Positions 41,359-51,042 of a stretch of DNA of 64,000 nt are shown one piece after another. Position 1 is the stretch's first letter, and each line of letters starts with the position of its first letter. The stretch is taken from positions 928,001 through 992,000 of the forward strand of contig CP143273.1 in NCBI GenBank assembly GCA_051013385.1, written 5' to 3'. This DNA comes from Phormidium sp. (GTDB lineage: Bacteria; Cyanobacteriota; Cyanobacteriia; Cyanobacteriales; Aerosakkonemataceae). The notes under the pieces were generated by a model. The model worked only from the letters and a program-made list of their open reading frames with translations, made no database searches and was not told the origin of the DNA. The position numbers and the translations under genes were made by a program.

Positions 41359-42291
41359 ATGAGTTTAATTAAAGAAACGATGAGTTGGTTTCAAATGGCT
41401 TTGCAATTAAAAGGTTCGGTGGCAATAAAAGTGCTACCTCGTGCTTTTGTTTGCAGCTTATTTGGACTAATAATTTCCTTAATTTATTACTGGAAATTAC
41501 CTTTACCTTGGCATAATTTAGGAACCATTACTACTAACGTAGTATTCAGTTTAGTATTAGGTTTGTTGTTGGTGTTTCGGACTAATACAGCTTACGATCG
41601 CTTTTGGGAAGGGCGGAAAGCTTGGGGGACATTAGTAATCAATATTCGCAGTTTAGCTAGACAAATTTCCACAGTTGTTGCGGCGGAGTCAGAAACAGAT
41701 AAAACCGAGAAAAATCAACAATTAAAATTATTAGTGGCTTTGGCTATTGCGACTAAATTGCATTTGCGAAGAGAACCTGTAACAGAAGAATTAGAACCCT
41801 GGCTAACTCCCACAGAATTAGTCAAGCTAAAACAGGTAAAAACCCCACCATTAGAAATTATTCGTTGGCTAGGAGATTACCTGCACAAACAAGGGGAAAA
41901 GGGTGGTTTAAATTCTTATCAGATAACAGCGATGAATCAGTTAATAGATAAACTAGTAGAAGGGTTGACTAGCTGCGAACGGATTTTAAATACTCCGATT
42001 CCTTTAGCTTATGTGATTTATTTAAAGCGATTGTTGCTGATATATTGTTTCTTTTTGCCTTTTCAGTTAGTGGCTAATTCCGAATGGTTAACGGCTTTTC
42101 TAGTATTTTTAATTAGTTTTGCTTTGTTTGGTATTGAAGAGATCGGTAATGAAATTCAAGAACCATTTGGTTACGATCCAAATGACATACCATTAGACCA
42201 AATTTGTCGGACAATTCAAAGTAATATGGAAGATCTAATAGCTTTGTCCGGTAGTAATAATTCAGAAAATGAACTAGAAAATTTAGTTTAG
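41359..42291 (+). CDS. Bestrophin-family (YneE/UPF0187) membrane protein
   Basis: FRTNTAYDRFWEGR, CERI, TPIP and EPFGYDPND. Confidence 0.92.
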   Translation: MSLIKETMSWFQMALQLKGSVAIKVLPRAFVCSLFGLIISLIYYWKLPLPWHNLGTITTNVVFSLVLGLLLVFRTNTAYDRFWEGRKAWGTLVINIRSLARQISTVVAAESETDKTEKNQQLKLLVALAIATKLHLRREPVTEELEPWLTPTELVKLKQVKTPPLEIIRWLGDYLHKQGEKGGLNSYQITAMNQLIDKLVEGLTSCERILNTPIPLAYVIYLKRLLLIYCFFLPFQLVANSEWLTAFLVFLISFALFGIEEIGNEIQEPFGYDPNDIPLDQICRTIQSNMEDLIALSGSNNSENELENLV

Positions 42292-42300
42292 GCAATTTTT

Positions 42301-42663
42301 ATGGACTCAATTGAAATTACTGGTATTCGCTGTTACGGTTACACGGGTTATTTACCGGAAGAACAGGTTTTAGGGCAATGGTTTGAGGTAGATGTTACTT
42401 TGTGGTTAGATTTAACCCGGGCTGGAGAAAGTGACGCTATTGCCGATACTTTGGATTATCGGACTACAATTGAAACTGTAAAAAATTTGGTGAAGACTGC
42501 TAAATTCGCCTTGGTGGAAAAGTTGGCAGAGGCGATCGCATCAAGTATCCTAGAATCAATTAAAGTCACCAAAGTTAGAGTAAGATTAACAAAACCTGCT
42601 GCGCCAATTCCTGAGTTTGGCGGTAAAATTACGATCGATCTTACCAGGGTGCAACACTACTAA
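42301..42663 (+). CDS. folB: Dihydroneopterin aldolase
   Basis: GYTGYLPEEQVLGQWF, TLDY, LVEKLA and TKP. Confidence 0.95.
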   Translation: MDSIEITGIRCYGYTGYLPEEQVLGQWFEVDVTLWLDLTRAGESDAIADTLDYRTTIETVKNLVKTAKFALVEKLAEAIASSILESIKVTKVRVRLTKPAAPIPEFGGKITIDLTRVQHY

Positions 42664-42681
42664 TTTAAGGAAGATAGAAAG

Positions 42682-43650
42682 ATGCCTTTTCGGATATTAA
42701 GTTTGGATGGGGGAGGAATTCGCGGTGTGATTGCAGCGGTGATTTTGGCAGAAGTAGAGAAGATTGTCAAAGTACCTTTGAATAGTTATTTTGATTTAAT
42801 AGCAGGTACTTCTACAGGGTCAATTTTAGCAAGTGCGATCGCTTTAGGTAAAAAAAGCGAAGAAATTATTCAACTGTATCGCCAAAGAGGAAAAAGAATT
42901 TTCCCCTACACTAGTATTTTATCACCCCAACGGTTGAGTTTAATGTTCAAATATGGGCCTTCTGCGCCTAAATACTCAGATAAAGGTTTAATAGAAGTGT
43001 TACAAAGAGAATTTGGTAACACCAAAATCGGAGATATTAAATCACCAAAATTGTTAATTACAGCTTACGATACGATCGATCGAGAATTCATAGTTTTTAA
43101 GAACTGGCAAACATACAAACCTTGGAGCAATACTCCCCTGTGGGAAATCTGCGTTAGTTCATCATCTGCGCCGACTTTTTTCCCCGCACATTTACTAACA
43201 ACTGAAACAAAAACTTACTCATTAATTGATGGTGGAATTGGTGCAAATAACCCTTCATCTTGTGCAGTGGCAGAAGCATTAAGACTAGATCATCCAATCA
43301 GAGATATTTCTGTACTTTCCATTGGTACAGGAGATGCCACTCAACCGATTCGTTTCAATAAAGTTCGGAATTGGGGATTAATTCAGTGGATTTGGCAAGG
43401 GCGTTTAATTGAAGTACTGATGGATGCTTCTGCTGATGTTAATGATTACATTAGTAGGCAAGTTATGAATCCTCCAGAAATGGGAAATGAAGCCTCGCCT
43501 CGTTATTTTCGCCTGCAACCCAAAATAATGAAAGATGCCATAGATGATGCCAGTGATGAAAATATTAATCGGTTAATTACATCAACAGAAATCTATGTAC
43601 AACAAAATAAAGATTTACTAGTCAGTTTCTTGACACAAATTGGCGCTTAA
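42682..43650 (+). CDS. Patatin-like phospholipase
   Basis: DGGGIRG, GTSTG, SSAPTFF and DGG. Confidence 0.93.
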   Translation: MPFRILSLDGGGIRGVIAAVILAEVEKIVKVPLNSYFDLIAGTSTGSILASAIALGKKSEEIIQLYRQRGKRIFPYTSILSPQRLSLMFKYGPSAPKYSDKGLIEVLQREFGNTKIGDIKSPKLLITAYDTIDREFIVFKNWQTYKPWSNTPLWEICVSSSSAPTFFPAHLLTTETKTYSLIDGGIGANNPSSCAVAEALRLDHPIRDISVLSIGTGDATQPIRFNKVRNWGLIQWIWQGRLIEVLMDASADVNDYISRQVMNPPEMGNEASPRYFRLQPKIMKDAIDDASDENINRLITSTEIYVQQNKDLLVSFLTQIGA

Positions 43651-43741
43651 GAAATTAAATTTATGAATTGCCAATAAATGGTGCAAAATGAGAATAATAA
43701 GTAAATTACCAATTTGCTGATACTCTCATGGAGGTTTTGTC

Positions 43742-44149
43742 ATGTATTGGCATTCACAATATATTAGTTTGGTCAGTGCTATATTGTTTCTCTGGTTAGC
43801 TTCTCTTTCACAAGCCAATAAACTATCTGCACAGACGAATTTATCACCATCACCCAGTCGAGCTTTAGATGGTAATATTTTACGGGATGATGAGAGACAA
43901 ATTAATCAAACTCAGCTGCCTTGGGTAATAGTTTCTAATCAACCAAATCAAGTAATTCCTTTTGCTGTTACTAATAAAATTTCCGCTTTTTTTACTAAAG
44001 AAGGTTTAACTCCTGTTTCCTGTAGTACCAATCCAGTAGTCGTAATTTCTGTTAATAATAAGTATATAGCTTGTAGCTCACCGACAACAAAATTTCCCCC
44101 AGGAACTTATAATACAACTATACCTGATTTAGAACCTACTAATAAATGA
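43742..44149 (+). CDS. Hypothetical secreted protein
   Basis: GGAGG RBS, N-terminal hydrophobic signal and two Cys. Confidence 0.6.
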   Translation: MYWHSQYISLVSAILFLWLASLSQANKLSAQTNLSPSPSRALDGNILRDDERQINQTQLPWVIVSNQPNQVIPFAVTNKISAFFTKEGLTPVSCSTNPVVVISVNNKYIACSSPTTKFPPGTYNTTIPDLEPTNK

Positions 44150-44209
44150 ATTATGAAATATAAGTTGGTAATTTGTCTTGCCAAGTACGTAGTTGCGCTA
44201 AAGCGCTCT

Positions 44210-44368
44210 TATGCTTATACTCGCTTTGGTAAACCCCATAATGGTGAATTAGTAGATAAGATAGTAAAAATGGCAGAAACTATAGGTCGGGAGGTAGCAA
44301 CACCAGCACAAGCGCGGGAAATTTTGAAAATGCCTCAAAGGTCAAAATTGCCACCTTTAACTGTGTAA
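44210..44368 (+). pseudogene. C-terminal remnant of a BKACE / DUF849 (3-keto-5-aminohexanoate cleavage family) gene
   Basis: NGELVDKIVKMAETIGREVATPAQAREIL matches the family C-terminus. Only about 50 aa remain, fused to half a palindromic repeat. Confidence 0.7.
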
Positions 44369-44384
44369 TTACTAAAGTTTTTTG

Positions 44385-45116
44385 ATGTCTGACGTTAGCA
44401 TTATTATTCCTACTTTGAATGAAGCAAGCTGCTTAGGTCGAACTTTACGAAACCTCAGCTTGCTTGACCCTCCAGCCAAAGAAATAATCATAGTTGATGG
44501 TGGAAGTAAAGATGAAACGATCGCCATTGCGGAAGCGGCAAATGTGCAAGTTATTACTTGGGAAAACCGGGGACGTTCTCGACAAATGAATCAAGGTGCA
44601 ATCGCTGCTACCGGAGATTTTCTCTGCTTTTTACACGCTGATACTTTAGTTCCTGATGACTTAGTTACGGTAATTGAACAAACATTAACTAACAAAAATA
44701 TTGCCTGTGGTGGTTTCATTTCTTTGATGACAGGTGCTACTACAACTCGTTGGGTAATTTCTCTACATAACTATCTGAAAACCTATTATGCACCGCTAAT
44801 TTTTAAGCCGCATTTGTTTGTTAAAGGTTTGCGGCTTTTGTTTGGCGATCAAGTGATGTTTTGCCGTCGCAGTGATTTTTTAGAGACAGGGGGTTTTGAT
44901 GTTAATATTCCGATTATGGAAGAAGCAGATTTGTGTTTGAAATTGGTGCAAAAAGGCAGGATTAAACAAGTAAATCGAATTGTGCAAAGTAGCGATCGCA
45001 GAGTCGCCCATTGGGGTTCTTTAAAAGCTACAGCTATCTATCTTTACATTGGCATTTTATGGGGTTTAGGTGTCTCCCCTGAATATTTGAAAAAGTTTTA
45101 TCAAGATATTCGCTAA
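44385..45116 (+). CDS. GT2 glycosyltransferase (TIGR04283-like)
   Basis: IIPTLNEA, VDGGSKD, FLHADT, FGDQ, MEEAD and SSDRR. Confidence 0.9.
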   Translation: MSDVSIIIPTLNEASCLGRTLRNLSLLDPPAKEIIIVDGGSKDETIAIAEAANVQVITWENRGRSRQMNQGAIAATGDFLCFLHADTLVPDDLVTVIEQTLTNKNIACGGFISLMTGATTTRWVISLHNYLKTYYAPLIFKPHLFVKGLRLLFGDQVMFCRRSDFLETGGFDVNIPIMEEADLCLKLVQKGRIKQVNRIVQSSDRRVAHWGSLKATAIYLYIGILWGLGVSPEYLKKFYQDIR

Positions 45117-45226
45117 AGTTTTACCTATTGTTCGTTTAAACTCCAATCATAATTAAAAAATTATTTATTCATGATATTAATTTAATAGCATGAATCACAG
45201 CTAATTAAACGTCTAAAGAATTAGAA

Positions 45227-45919
45227 TTGCGGGTGATTGAACGCACATCAGCATTACAAAAAGCTAATAATCAATTAGCAAATGAACGGGAAAAATCAGA
45301 ACGTTTATTATTAAATATTTTACCAGAACCGATCGCCGATCGCCTCAAAGAAGGACAAAAAAGTATTGCCGATGGCTTTAGCGAAGTCACAATTTTATTT
45401 GCTGATTTAGTCAACTTTACGGAACTATCAGAAAAAGTAACTCCTACTGAACTTGTAGCGTTACTCAATGAGATTTTTTCGGCGTTCGATCGCCTAACTG
45501 AAAAGCACAGTTTAGAAAAAATCAAAACAATTGGTGATGCTTACATGGTAGCTGGCGGTATTCCCAACCCCAGGAAGGATCATGTTCAATGCGTAGTAGA
45601 AATGGCTCTAGATATGCAGCAACAAATTATCAATTTGAATGCTAAAAATGACTATAATTTAAGTATCAGAATAGGGATTAATACGGGTCCAGTAGTAGCC
45701 GGAGTAATAGGCACAAAAAAATTCATTTATGACCTTTGGGGTGACACAGTTAATGTTGCTAGCCGCATGGAATCTCATGGGATAGTAGGGGAAATTCAAG
45801 TTACAGAAAAGATTTATGAGATGTTAAGCGATCGCTACAATTTCCTGTTAAGAGGTTCAATACAAGTTAAAGGCAAAGGAGAGATGATTACCTATTTACT
45901 TATAGGCAAAAAAGAGTAA
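45227..45919 (+). CDS. Class III adenylate/guanylate cyclase catalytic domain, apparently lacking its sensor N-terminus
   Basis: LFADLVNFT, KTIGDAYM, YDLWGDTVNVASRMES and VKGKG. Begins in a signalling helix with a TTG start; in-frame stop at 45206. Confidence 0.8.
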   Translation: MRVIERTSALQKANNQLANEREKSERLLLNILPEPIADRLKEGQKSIADGFSEVTILFADLVNFTELSEKVTPTELVALLNEIFSAFDRLTEKHSLEKIKTIGDAYMVAGGIPNPRKDHVQCVVEMALDMQQQIINLNAKNDYNLSIRIGINTGPVVAGVIGTKKFIYDLWGDTVNVASRMESHGIVGEIQVTEKIYEMLSDRYNFLLRGSIQVKGKGEMITYLLIGKKE

Positions 45920-45949
45920 TACTATCTTAAATCAACTACAGCGAAAAAT

Positions 45950-46990
45950 ATGGAAGCCGCCAGTAAACAAGACTCCTTTTTTGCTTTAGCACTACAGGTA
46001 ACTTGTCATGCAGTTAATCAAGTGCAGGATCGGAGTGAGGCGCGATCGCTCATCCAACAGTCAATTAACCGCATCGAAAAACAGATTGCTGGTAGCATCG
46101 CCTTTATTGGTTCTGATTGTAAACTAATAGTATTGCCGGAATATTTTTTAACAGGTTTTCCGATGGGAGAATCGATAAATGTTTGGGCAGAAAAAGCTTG
46201 TTTAGAAATGGCTGGTGCAGAATATGAAGCATTAGGAAAAATTGCCCAAAAATACCAAATATTTCTCGCTGGAAACGCTTACGAACTCGATCCAAACTTT
46301 CCTAAATTATACTTTCAAACTTGCTTTGTAATCGACCCTTCTGGCGAAATTGTTTTAAGATATCGTCGCTTAAATTCAATGTTTGCTCCCACACCTCACG
46401 ATGTTTGGGATAAATATTTAGAATGTTATGGATTAGAAGGAGTTTTTCCCGTTGCGAAAACAGCAATTGGCAATTTAGCCGCCTTAGCTTCCGAGGAAAT
46501 TTTATATCCCGAAGTTGCTAGATGTTTAGCAATGCGAGGTGCAGAAATTTTCCTGCATTCTACATCAGAAGTATTTGGCAAAGATCGATCGCCCAAACAA
46601 GCCGCCAAAATCACCCGTGCAGTTGAAAACATGGCTTATGTAATATCAGCAAATACCGCCGGAATAGCCAATATTCCGATTCCCATTTCTTCTGCTGATG
46701 GTGGTTCTAAAATTATCGATTATCGTGGATTAGTGTTAGCAGAAACAGCAACCGGAGAAAGCATGGCTGCATTTGCCGAAATCGATTTAGCCGCTTTAAG
46801 AAGATATCGTCGTCGCCCCGGATTAAACAATTTGCTGTCTCGCCAAAGGTTTGAATTATACGCACAAAGTTACTCGCAATCTCACTTTTACCCAGCTAAT
46901 ACAATGGAAAATGGAGAAATAGATCGGAAGCATTTTGTGAAAACGCAACAAGAAGCGATCGATCGTTTATCCAACTTGGGAATCATTTAA
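45950..46990 (+). CDS. Nitrilase / carbon-nitrogen hydrolase superfamily protein with atypical catalytic residues
   Basis: LIVLPEY, YRRLN, LASEEILYPE, RAVEN and GGSKII. Confidence 0.85.
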   Translation: MEAASKQDSFFALALQVTCHAVNQVQDRSEARSLIQQSINRIEKQIAGSIAFIGSDCKLIVLPEYFLTGFPMGESINVWAEKACLEMAGAEYEALGKIAQKYQIFLAGNAYELDPNFPKLYFQTCFVIDPSGEIVLRYRRLNSMFAPTPHDVWDKYLECYGLEGVFPVAKTAIGNLAALASEEILYPEVARCLAMRGAEIFLHSTSEVFGKDRSPKQAAKITRAVENMAYVISANTAGIANIPIPISSADGGSKIIDYRGLVLAETATGESMAAFAEIDLAALRRYRRRPGLNNLLSRQRFELYAQSYSQSHFYPANTMENGEIDRKHFVKTQQEAIDRLSNLGII

Positions 46991-47033
46991 AATTTGCTGA
47001 ATTTCCGTGTATTGATACTTAATCAACAAAACT

Positions 47034-48449
47034 ATGAAAGCAAAAATTAATGTTCGCAATCCTCGCACAGGCAAAACAGACTATTCAATTATACCCCCAA
47101 CCTTAGAAGAACTAACAGCAGAATGTGCCAAATTGCGCGAAGCACAAATTAATTGGCAAAAAGCCGGATTAGAAACAAGAATTGCCGCATTACAACAATG
47201 GAAACAAGAGATTATCTCGAAAAAAGATCGACTTACTGAAGCATTAGTAAATGATACAGGTAGGTTATCAGTCACAGTTTTGGAAATAGATTCTTTTATC
47301 TCTAGTATCGATCGCTGGTGTAAAATAGCCCCAGAATTACTAATAGAAACCGAAACAACCACAGCAATTCCCTTTATTAAACTGCAAAGTCAACTAGTTC
47401 CCTACACATTAGTTGGCGTAATTAGCCCTTGGAACTTCCCCTTATTACTCTCTACAATTGATACAATTCCCGCATTACTAGCAGGTTGTGCAGTCATCGT
47501 AAAACCTAGTGGAATTGCGCCTCGTTTCATTCAACCACTATTAGAAACCATTGCATCTGTTCCCGAATTATCATCAATATTAACCTTTATTGAAGGCACA
47601 GGCGAAACAGGAAGCAATTTAATAAAATTGGTAGATTTAGTATGTTTTACAGGTAGCGTCAATATTGGGAAAAAAGTAGCAGAAGAAGCTGTCAAGCAAT
47701 TTATTCCAGCCTTCTTAGAACTAGGAGGCAAAGATCCAGCGATTGTTACAGAAACAGCCAATTTAGACTTAGCAACTTCAGCTATTTTATGGGGTTCAAT
47801 TGTTAATACAGGACAATCATGTTTATCAACTGAACGGATCTATGTTGCCGAAGCAATTTTTGATACCTTTGTTGCTCAATTAGTCGCAAAAGCCCAAAGA
47901 GTTAAGCTAGCTTTTCCTAGCGTAGAAGATGGCGAAATCGGCCCGATTATTGCCGAAAAACAAGCCAAAATAATTGAAGAACAATTGGAGGATGCAGTTG
48001 TTAAAGGTGCAGTAATTCATTGTGGCGGAAAGATTGAAGAATTAGGTGGTGGTTTATGGTGTAAACCGACAGTTTTAACCCAAGTAAATCACACCATGAA
48101 ACTAATGACTGAAGAAACATTTGGTCCGATCGTGCCAATTATGAAATTTAATAATATTTCCGAAGCAATTCACTTAGCTAATGATAGTATTTATGGATTA
48201 AGTGCCGCAGTTTTTGCAGATACAGAAACCGCAGCAATAGAAATAGCACAACATTTAAATGCAGGGGCAATTAGTATCAATGATGCCGCATTAACAGCGA
48301 TCGTACATGAAGGAGAAAAGAACTCCTTTAAATTTTCCGGGATGGGTGGTTCGCGCATGGGTGCAGCAGCAATTCAAAGGTTTATGCGAAAAAAAGCCTT
48401 ATTAATTAAAACCCAACCCATTGCCAACCCTTGGTGGTTTGAGATTTAA
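47034..48449 (+). CDS. Aldehyde dehydrogenase family protein
   Basis: SPWNFP, FTGS, LELGGKDP, GQSC and EETFGP. Confidence 0.95.
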   Translation: MKAKINVRNPRTGKTDYSIIPPTLEELTAECAKLREAQINWQKAGLETRIAALQQWKQEIISKKDRLTEALVNDTGRLSVTVLEIDSFISSIDRWCKIAPELLIETETTTAIPFIKLQSQLVPYTLVGVISPWNFPLLLSTIDTIPALLAGCAVIVKPSGIAPRFIQPLLETIASVPELSSILTFIEGTGETGSNLIKLVDLVCFTGSVNIGKKVAEEAVKQFIPAFLELGGKDPAIVTETANLDLATSAILWGSIVNTGQSCLSTERIYVAEAIFDTFVAQLVAKAQRVKLAFPSVEDGEIGPIIAEKQAKIIEEQLEDAVVKGAVIHCGGKIEELGGGLWCKPTVLTQVNHTMKLMTEETFGPIVPIMKFNNISEAIHLANDSIYGLSAAVFADTETAAIEIAQHLNAGAISINDAALTAIVHEGEKNSFKFSGMGGSRMGAAAIQRFMRKKALLIKTQPIANPWWFEI

Positions 48450-48486
48450 CAAATGGAGGAATGAACTATGTCAAACAGCTGTAGCT

Positions 48487-48577
48487 GTAGGGTGCGTCAG
48501 AACCTTAAAATGTAGAGACGTTCTATACAACGTCTCTACATTTTAAGACTAAAATTATAATGTCTGACGCACCTTAC
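48487..48577. repeat. Nested REP-like palindromes
   Basis: Outer arms GTAGGGTGCGTCAGA ... TCTGACGCACCTTAC enclose CTTAAAATGTAGAGACGTT..AACGTCTCTACATTTTAAG. Confidence 0.85.
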
Positions 48578-48615
48578 TAAATATTAGTAATATTCAACAA
48601 ATGGAGGAATTAACG

Positions 48616-49059
48616 ATGTCAATACGTGAAGGAATGCCAGTACTTACCAGACACGAAGGCGACTGGGTAGGAACATACACTTTAGTTGACCTTGAAGGAA
48701 ATATCCTCGACAAACACAAATCCCATTTAACCTGTCAATTTCCCGAAACAGGCGACTATGCTTATTATCAAATTAATCGCTACCAATGGGATGACGGAAA
48801 AAGTGAAGAACATCAATTTCCCGGAACATATCGCGATAATAAACTGTGGTTTGATACAGAAAGAATTGAAGGACACGCTTGGGAAGTAGATGATTCAACT
48901 ATTATTTTGTGGTTTGGTTATAAAACCATGCCAGATATGCACCTATATGAAATGATTCAAATTAGTCCTTGCAATAACTATCGGGCGAGGACTTGGCATT
49001 GGTTTAAAAACAATCAAATATTTAGACGCACCTTAATTCAAGAAGAACGGATGAAATAA
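48616..49059 (+). CDS. Hypothetical beta-barrel protein (DUF3598 / lipocalin-like)
   Basis: HEGDWVGTY N-terminal GxW motif and RARTWHWF; GGAGG RBS. Confidence 0.7.
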   Translation: MSIREGMPVLTRHEGDWVGTYTLVDLEGNILDKHKSHLTCQFPETGDYAYYQINRYQWDDGKSEEHQFPGTYRDNKLWFDTERIEGHAWEVDDSTIILWFGYKTMPDMHLYEMIQISPCNNYRARTWHWFKNNQIFRRTLIQEERMK

Positions 49060-49083
49060 AAGGTTATAAATTAGGAAAATCAA

Positions 49084-49902
49084 ATGCAACCCAAAATAAA
49101 AAGAGCATTTTTAGACACAGAAGACGGGCAAGTTTTATATAGAATTGGTGGCGAAGGAGAACCGCTACTTTTACTGCACATGAACCCCCGTAGCAGCGAT
49201 GAATATCGCGAATTAATGCCAATTCTTGCCCAAAAAAGACGAGTCATTGCAATGGATTTAATGGGATTTGGAGACTCTGATAAACCACCTAGACTTTACT
49301 CAGTTGCAGACTACGCCAAAACTGTCATCGCACTTTTAGACGAATTAAAAATAGAAAAAACCTGCATTTTAGGCAACCATACAGGTGCTTTTGTTTCGGG
49401 AGAAGTCGCCGCAACTTATCCTGAAAGAGTGAAAAAACTAATTGTTTGCAATGTTGCAGGTTTTGGAGAGGATGGCAAAGCTGATTTAATGAGGAGATTT
49501 GACGAAGGTTTTAATATTAAAGCAGATGGTTCTCATTTAATGGAAAGATGGTTAGCACGTTCTAGATATGTCGGTTCTGCTGAGTTAAACCATCGCTGGG
49601 TTTTAGATGATTTAAAATGTTTTGGTCATCCTTTATATGCAGTTTGGGCGGTAGGAAATTACTGTTTGGATGCGCCAGAAAGATTTAAATTAATTAAATG
49701 TCCTGCTTTGATTATTTGGGGGATTGATGACATGGAAGAATTTGAAAGATTGGGTTTAGCAAAAGCTAAAGATAGATTCTTTCTTTCCCAAGCATTACCA
49801 CAAGCAAAAGTGGTTGAATTTCCTGGGGGAACTATTTGCATGATGAATCAAATTCCTGAAGAGGTAGCGCAAGCAGTAACGGAATTTTTAGACAGTCCTT
49901 GA
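49084..49902 (+). CDS. Alpha/beta-fold hydrolase with non-canonical nucleophile elbow
   Basis: LLLLH and DLMGFGDSD; LGNHTGA in place of GxSxG. Confidence 0.88.
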   Translation: MQPKIKRAFLDTEDGQVLYRIGGEGEPLLLLHMNPRSSDEYRELMPILAQKRRVIAMDLMGFGDSDKPPRLYSVADYAKTVIALLDELKIEKTCILGNHTGAFVSGEVAATYPERVKKLIVCNVAGFGEDGKADLMRRFDEGFNIKADGSHLMERWLARSRYVGSAELNHRWVLDDLKCFGHPLYAVWAVGNYCLDAPERFKLIKCPALIIWGIDDMEEFERLGLAKAKDRFFLSQALPQAKVVEFPGGTICMMNQIPEEVAQAVTEFLDSP

Positions 49903-49998
49903 GTTTAGCTGTGTTGAACATAATTTTTTGATTTTTACCACAGATATCCACAGATAAACACAGATGATTGCACAGTGTTATTAGAGGAGATTAATTAG

Positions 49999-50883
49999 GT
50001 GATTGTCACGTCAGATTTGTTTACATTTGATTTTGATGTGGTGACAGTTAACCCTCAAGGTGAGGAAGTTGAACGCATTCGCAGTTCCGCTAAATATCGA
50101 GTGGAAGAGTTAGGACAGGGTGTAACTTTAGAAATGGTTGCTATTCCGGGCGGGACTTTTTTAATGGGTACAACTAATACAGAGCAAGGCAGGTTAAAAA
50201 ATCAAAATCCGCCGCATTTAGTAACTATTGAATCGTTTTTTATGGGGAAATATCCTGTCACTCAAGCACAATGGGAAGCAGTAGCAAATTTGCCAAAAAT
50301 TAATCAATTTCTACATCCTGATCCATCTATTATTAAAGCACCAAATAAACCTGTTGAACAGATTTCTTGGGATGATGCGATCGAATTTTGTGCTAGGTTA
50401 TCTCAACATACAGGAAAACAATATCGACTTCCCAGCGAAGCAGAATGGGAATATGCTTGTCGCGCTGGAACTACCACACCTTTTCACTTTGGAGAAACTT
50501 GCACAACTGAGTTAGCAAATTATTCAGGAATAGACTGGGAATATATGGGTAAAATTTGCAGTCGTGGTGCTTATGGTTTAGGGCCAAAAGGACAAGATAG
50601 AAGAGAAACAACTCCTGTTGGAAGTTTTAAGGTTGCTAACAATTTCGGTCTCTATGATATGCACGGAAATGTGAGAGAATGGTGTGCAGATTTTTGGCAT
50701 GAAAATTATCAAGATGCGCCCACAGATGGTAGTGCTTGGGTGACAGGTGGAGATAGGGAAAAACGGGTGGTGCGTGGTGGTTCTTGGAATACTGGGCCAA
50801 TCAAATGTCGATCGGCTTTTCGCAGTGTTTTAGAGGCAAATTCTTCCCTTTATGATGTCGGTTTTCGGGTTGCTTGTTCTTAA
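49999..50883 (+). CDS. FGE-sulfatase (SUMF1/EgtB) domain protein
   Basis: GGTFLMG, RLPSEAEWEYACRAG, NNFGLYDMHGNVREW, RGGSW and GFRV. Confidence 0.93.
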   Translation: MIVTSDLFTFDFDVVTVNPQGEEVERIRSSAKYRVEELGQGVTLEMVAIPGGTFLMGTTNTEQGRLKNQNPPHLVTIESFFMGKYPVTQAQWEAVANLPKINQFLHPDPSIIKAPNKPVEQISWDDAIEFCARLSQHTGKQYRLPSEAEWEYACRAGTTTPFHFGETCTTELANYSGIDWEYMGKICSRGAYGLGPKGQDRRETTPVGSFKVANNFGLYDMHGNVREWCADFWHENYQDAPTDGSAWVTGGDREKRVVRGGSWNTGPIKCRSAFRSVLEANSSLYDVGFRVACS

Positions 50884-50903
50884 TTAGATGTTTAAAAAGT
50901 TTT

Positions 50904-51007
50904 GGCGGTTAAAACCGCAACTATACAAACAAAGTCCGCCTACGCGGACTCTTAATCTTGAAACCTGCGTAGGCAGGTTTTGTCTGTATAGCCGCGACTT
51001 TAGTCGC
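50904..51007. repeat. Composite palindromic repeat
   Basis: Hairpins GCGGTTAAAACCGC, GTCCGCCTACGCGGAC, AACCTGCGTAGGCAGGTT and GCGACTTTAGTCGC in an inverted arrangement. Confidence 0.75.
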
Positions 51008-51042
51008 AGGGGCGATGATAATTACTCGTAGGATTAAAGATT

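Noticed and set aside
42682..43650. Patatin as a CBASS effector
   Set aside because: No CD-NTase or other CBASS gene is adjacent; the neighbours are folB and a hypothetical gene.
50760..50883. FGE-domain C-terminus as a DGR variable region
   Set aside because: The fold is a known DGR target, but there is no RT or template repeat in the window and the codons (AAA, TTA, GAG, GCA) do not show a clear AAY-derived pattern. A remote template cannot be excluded.
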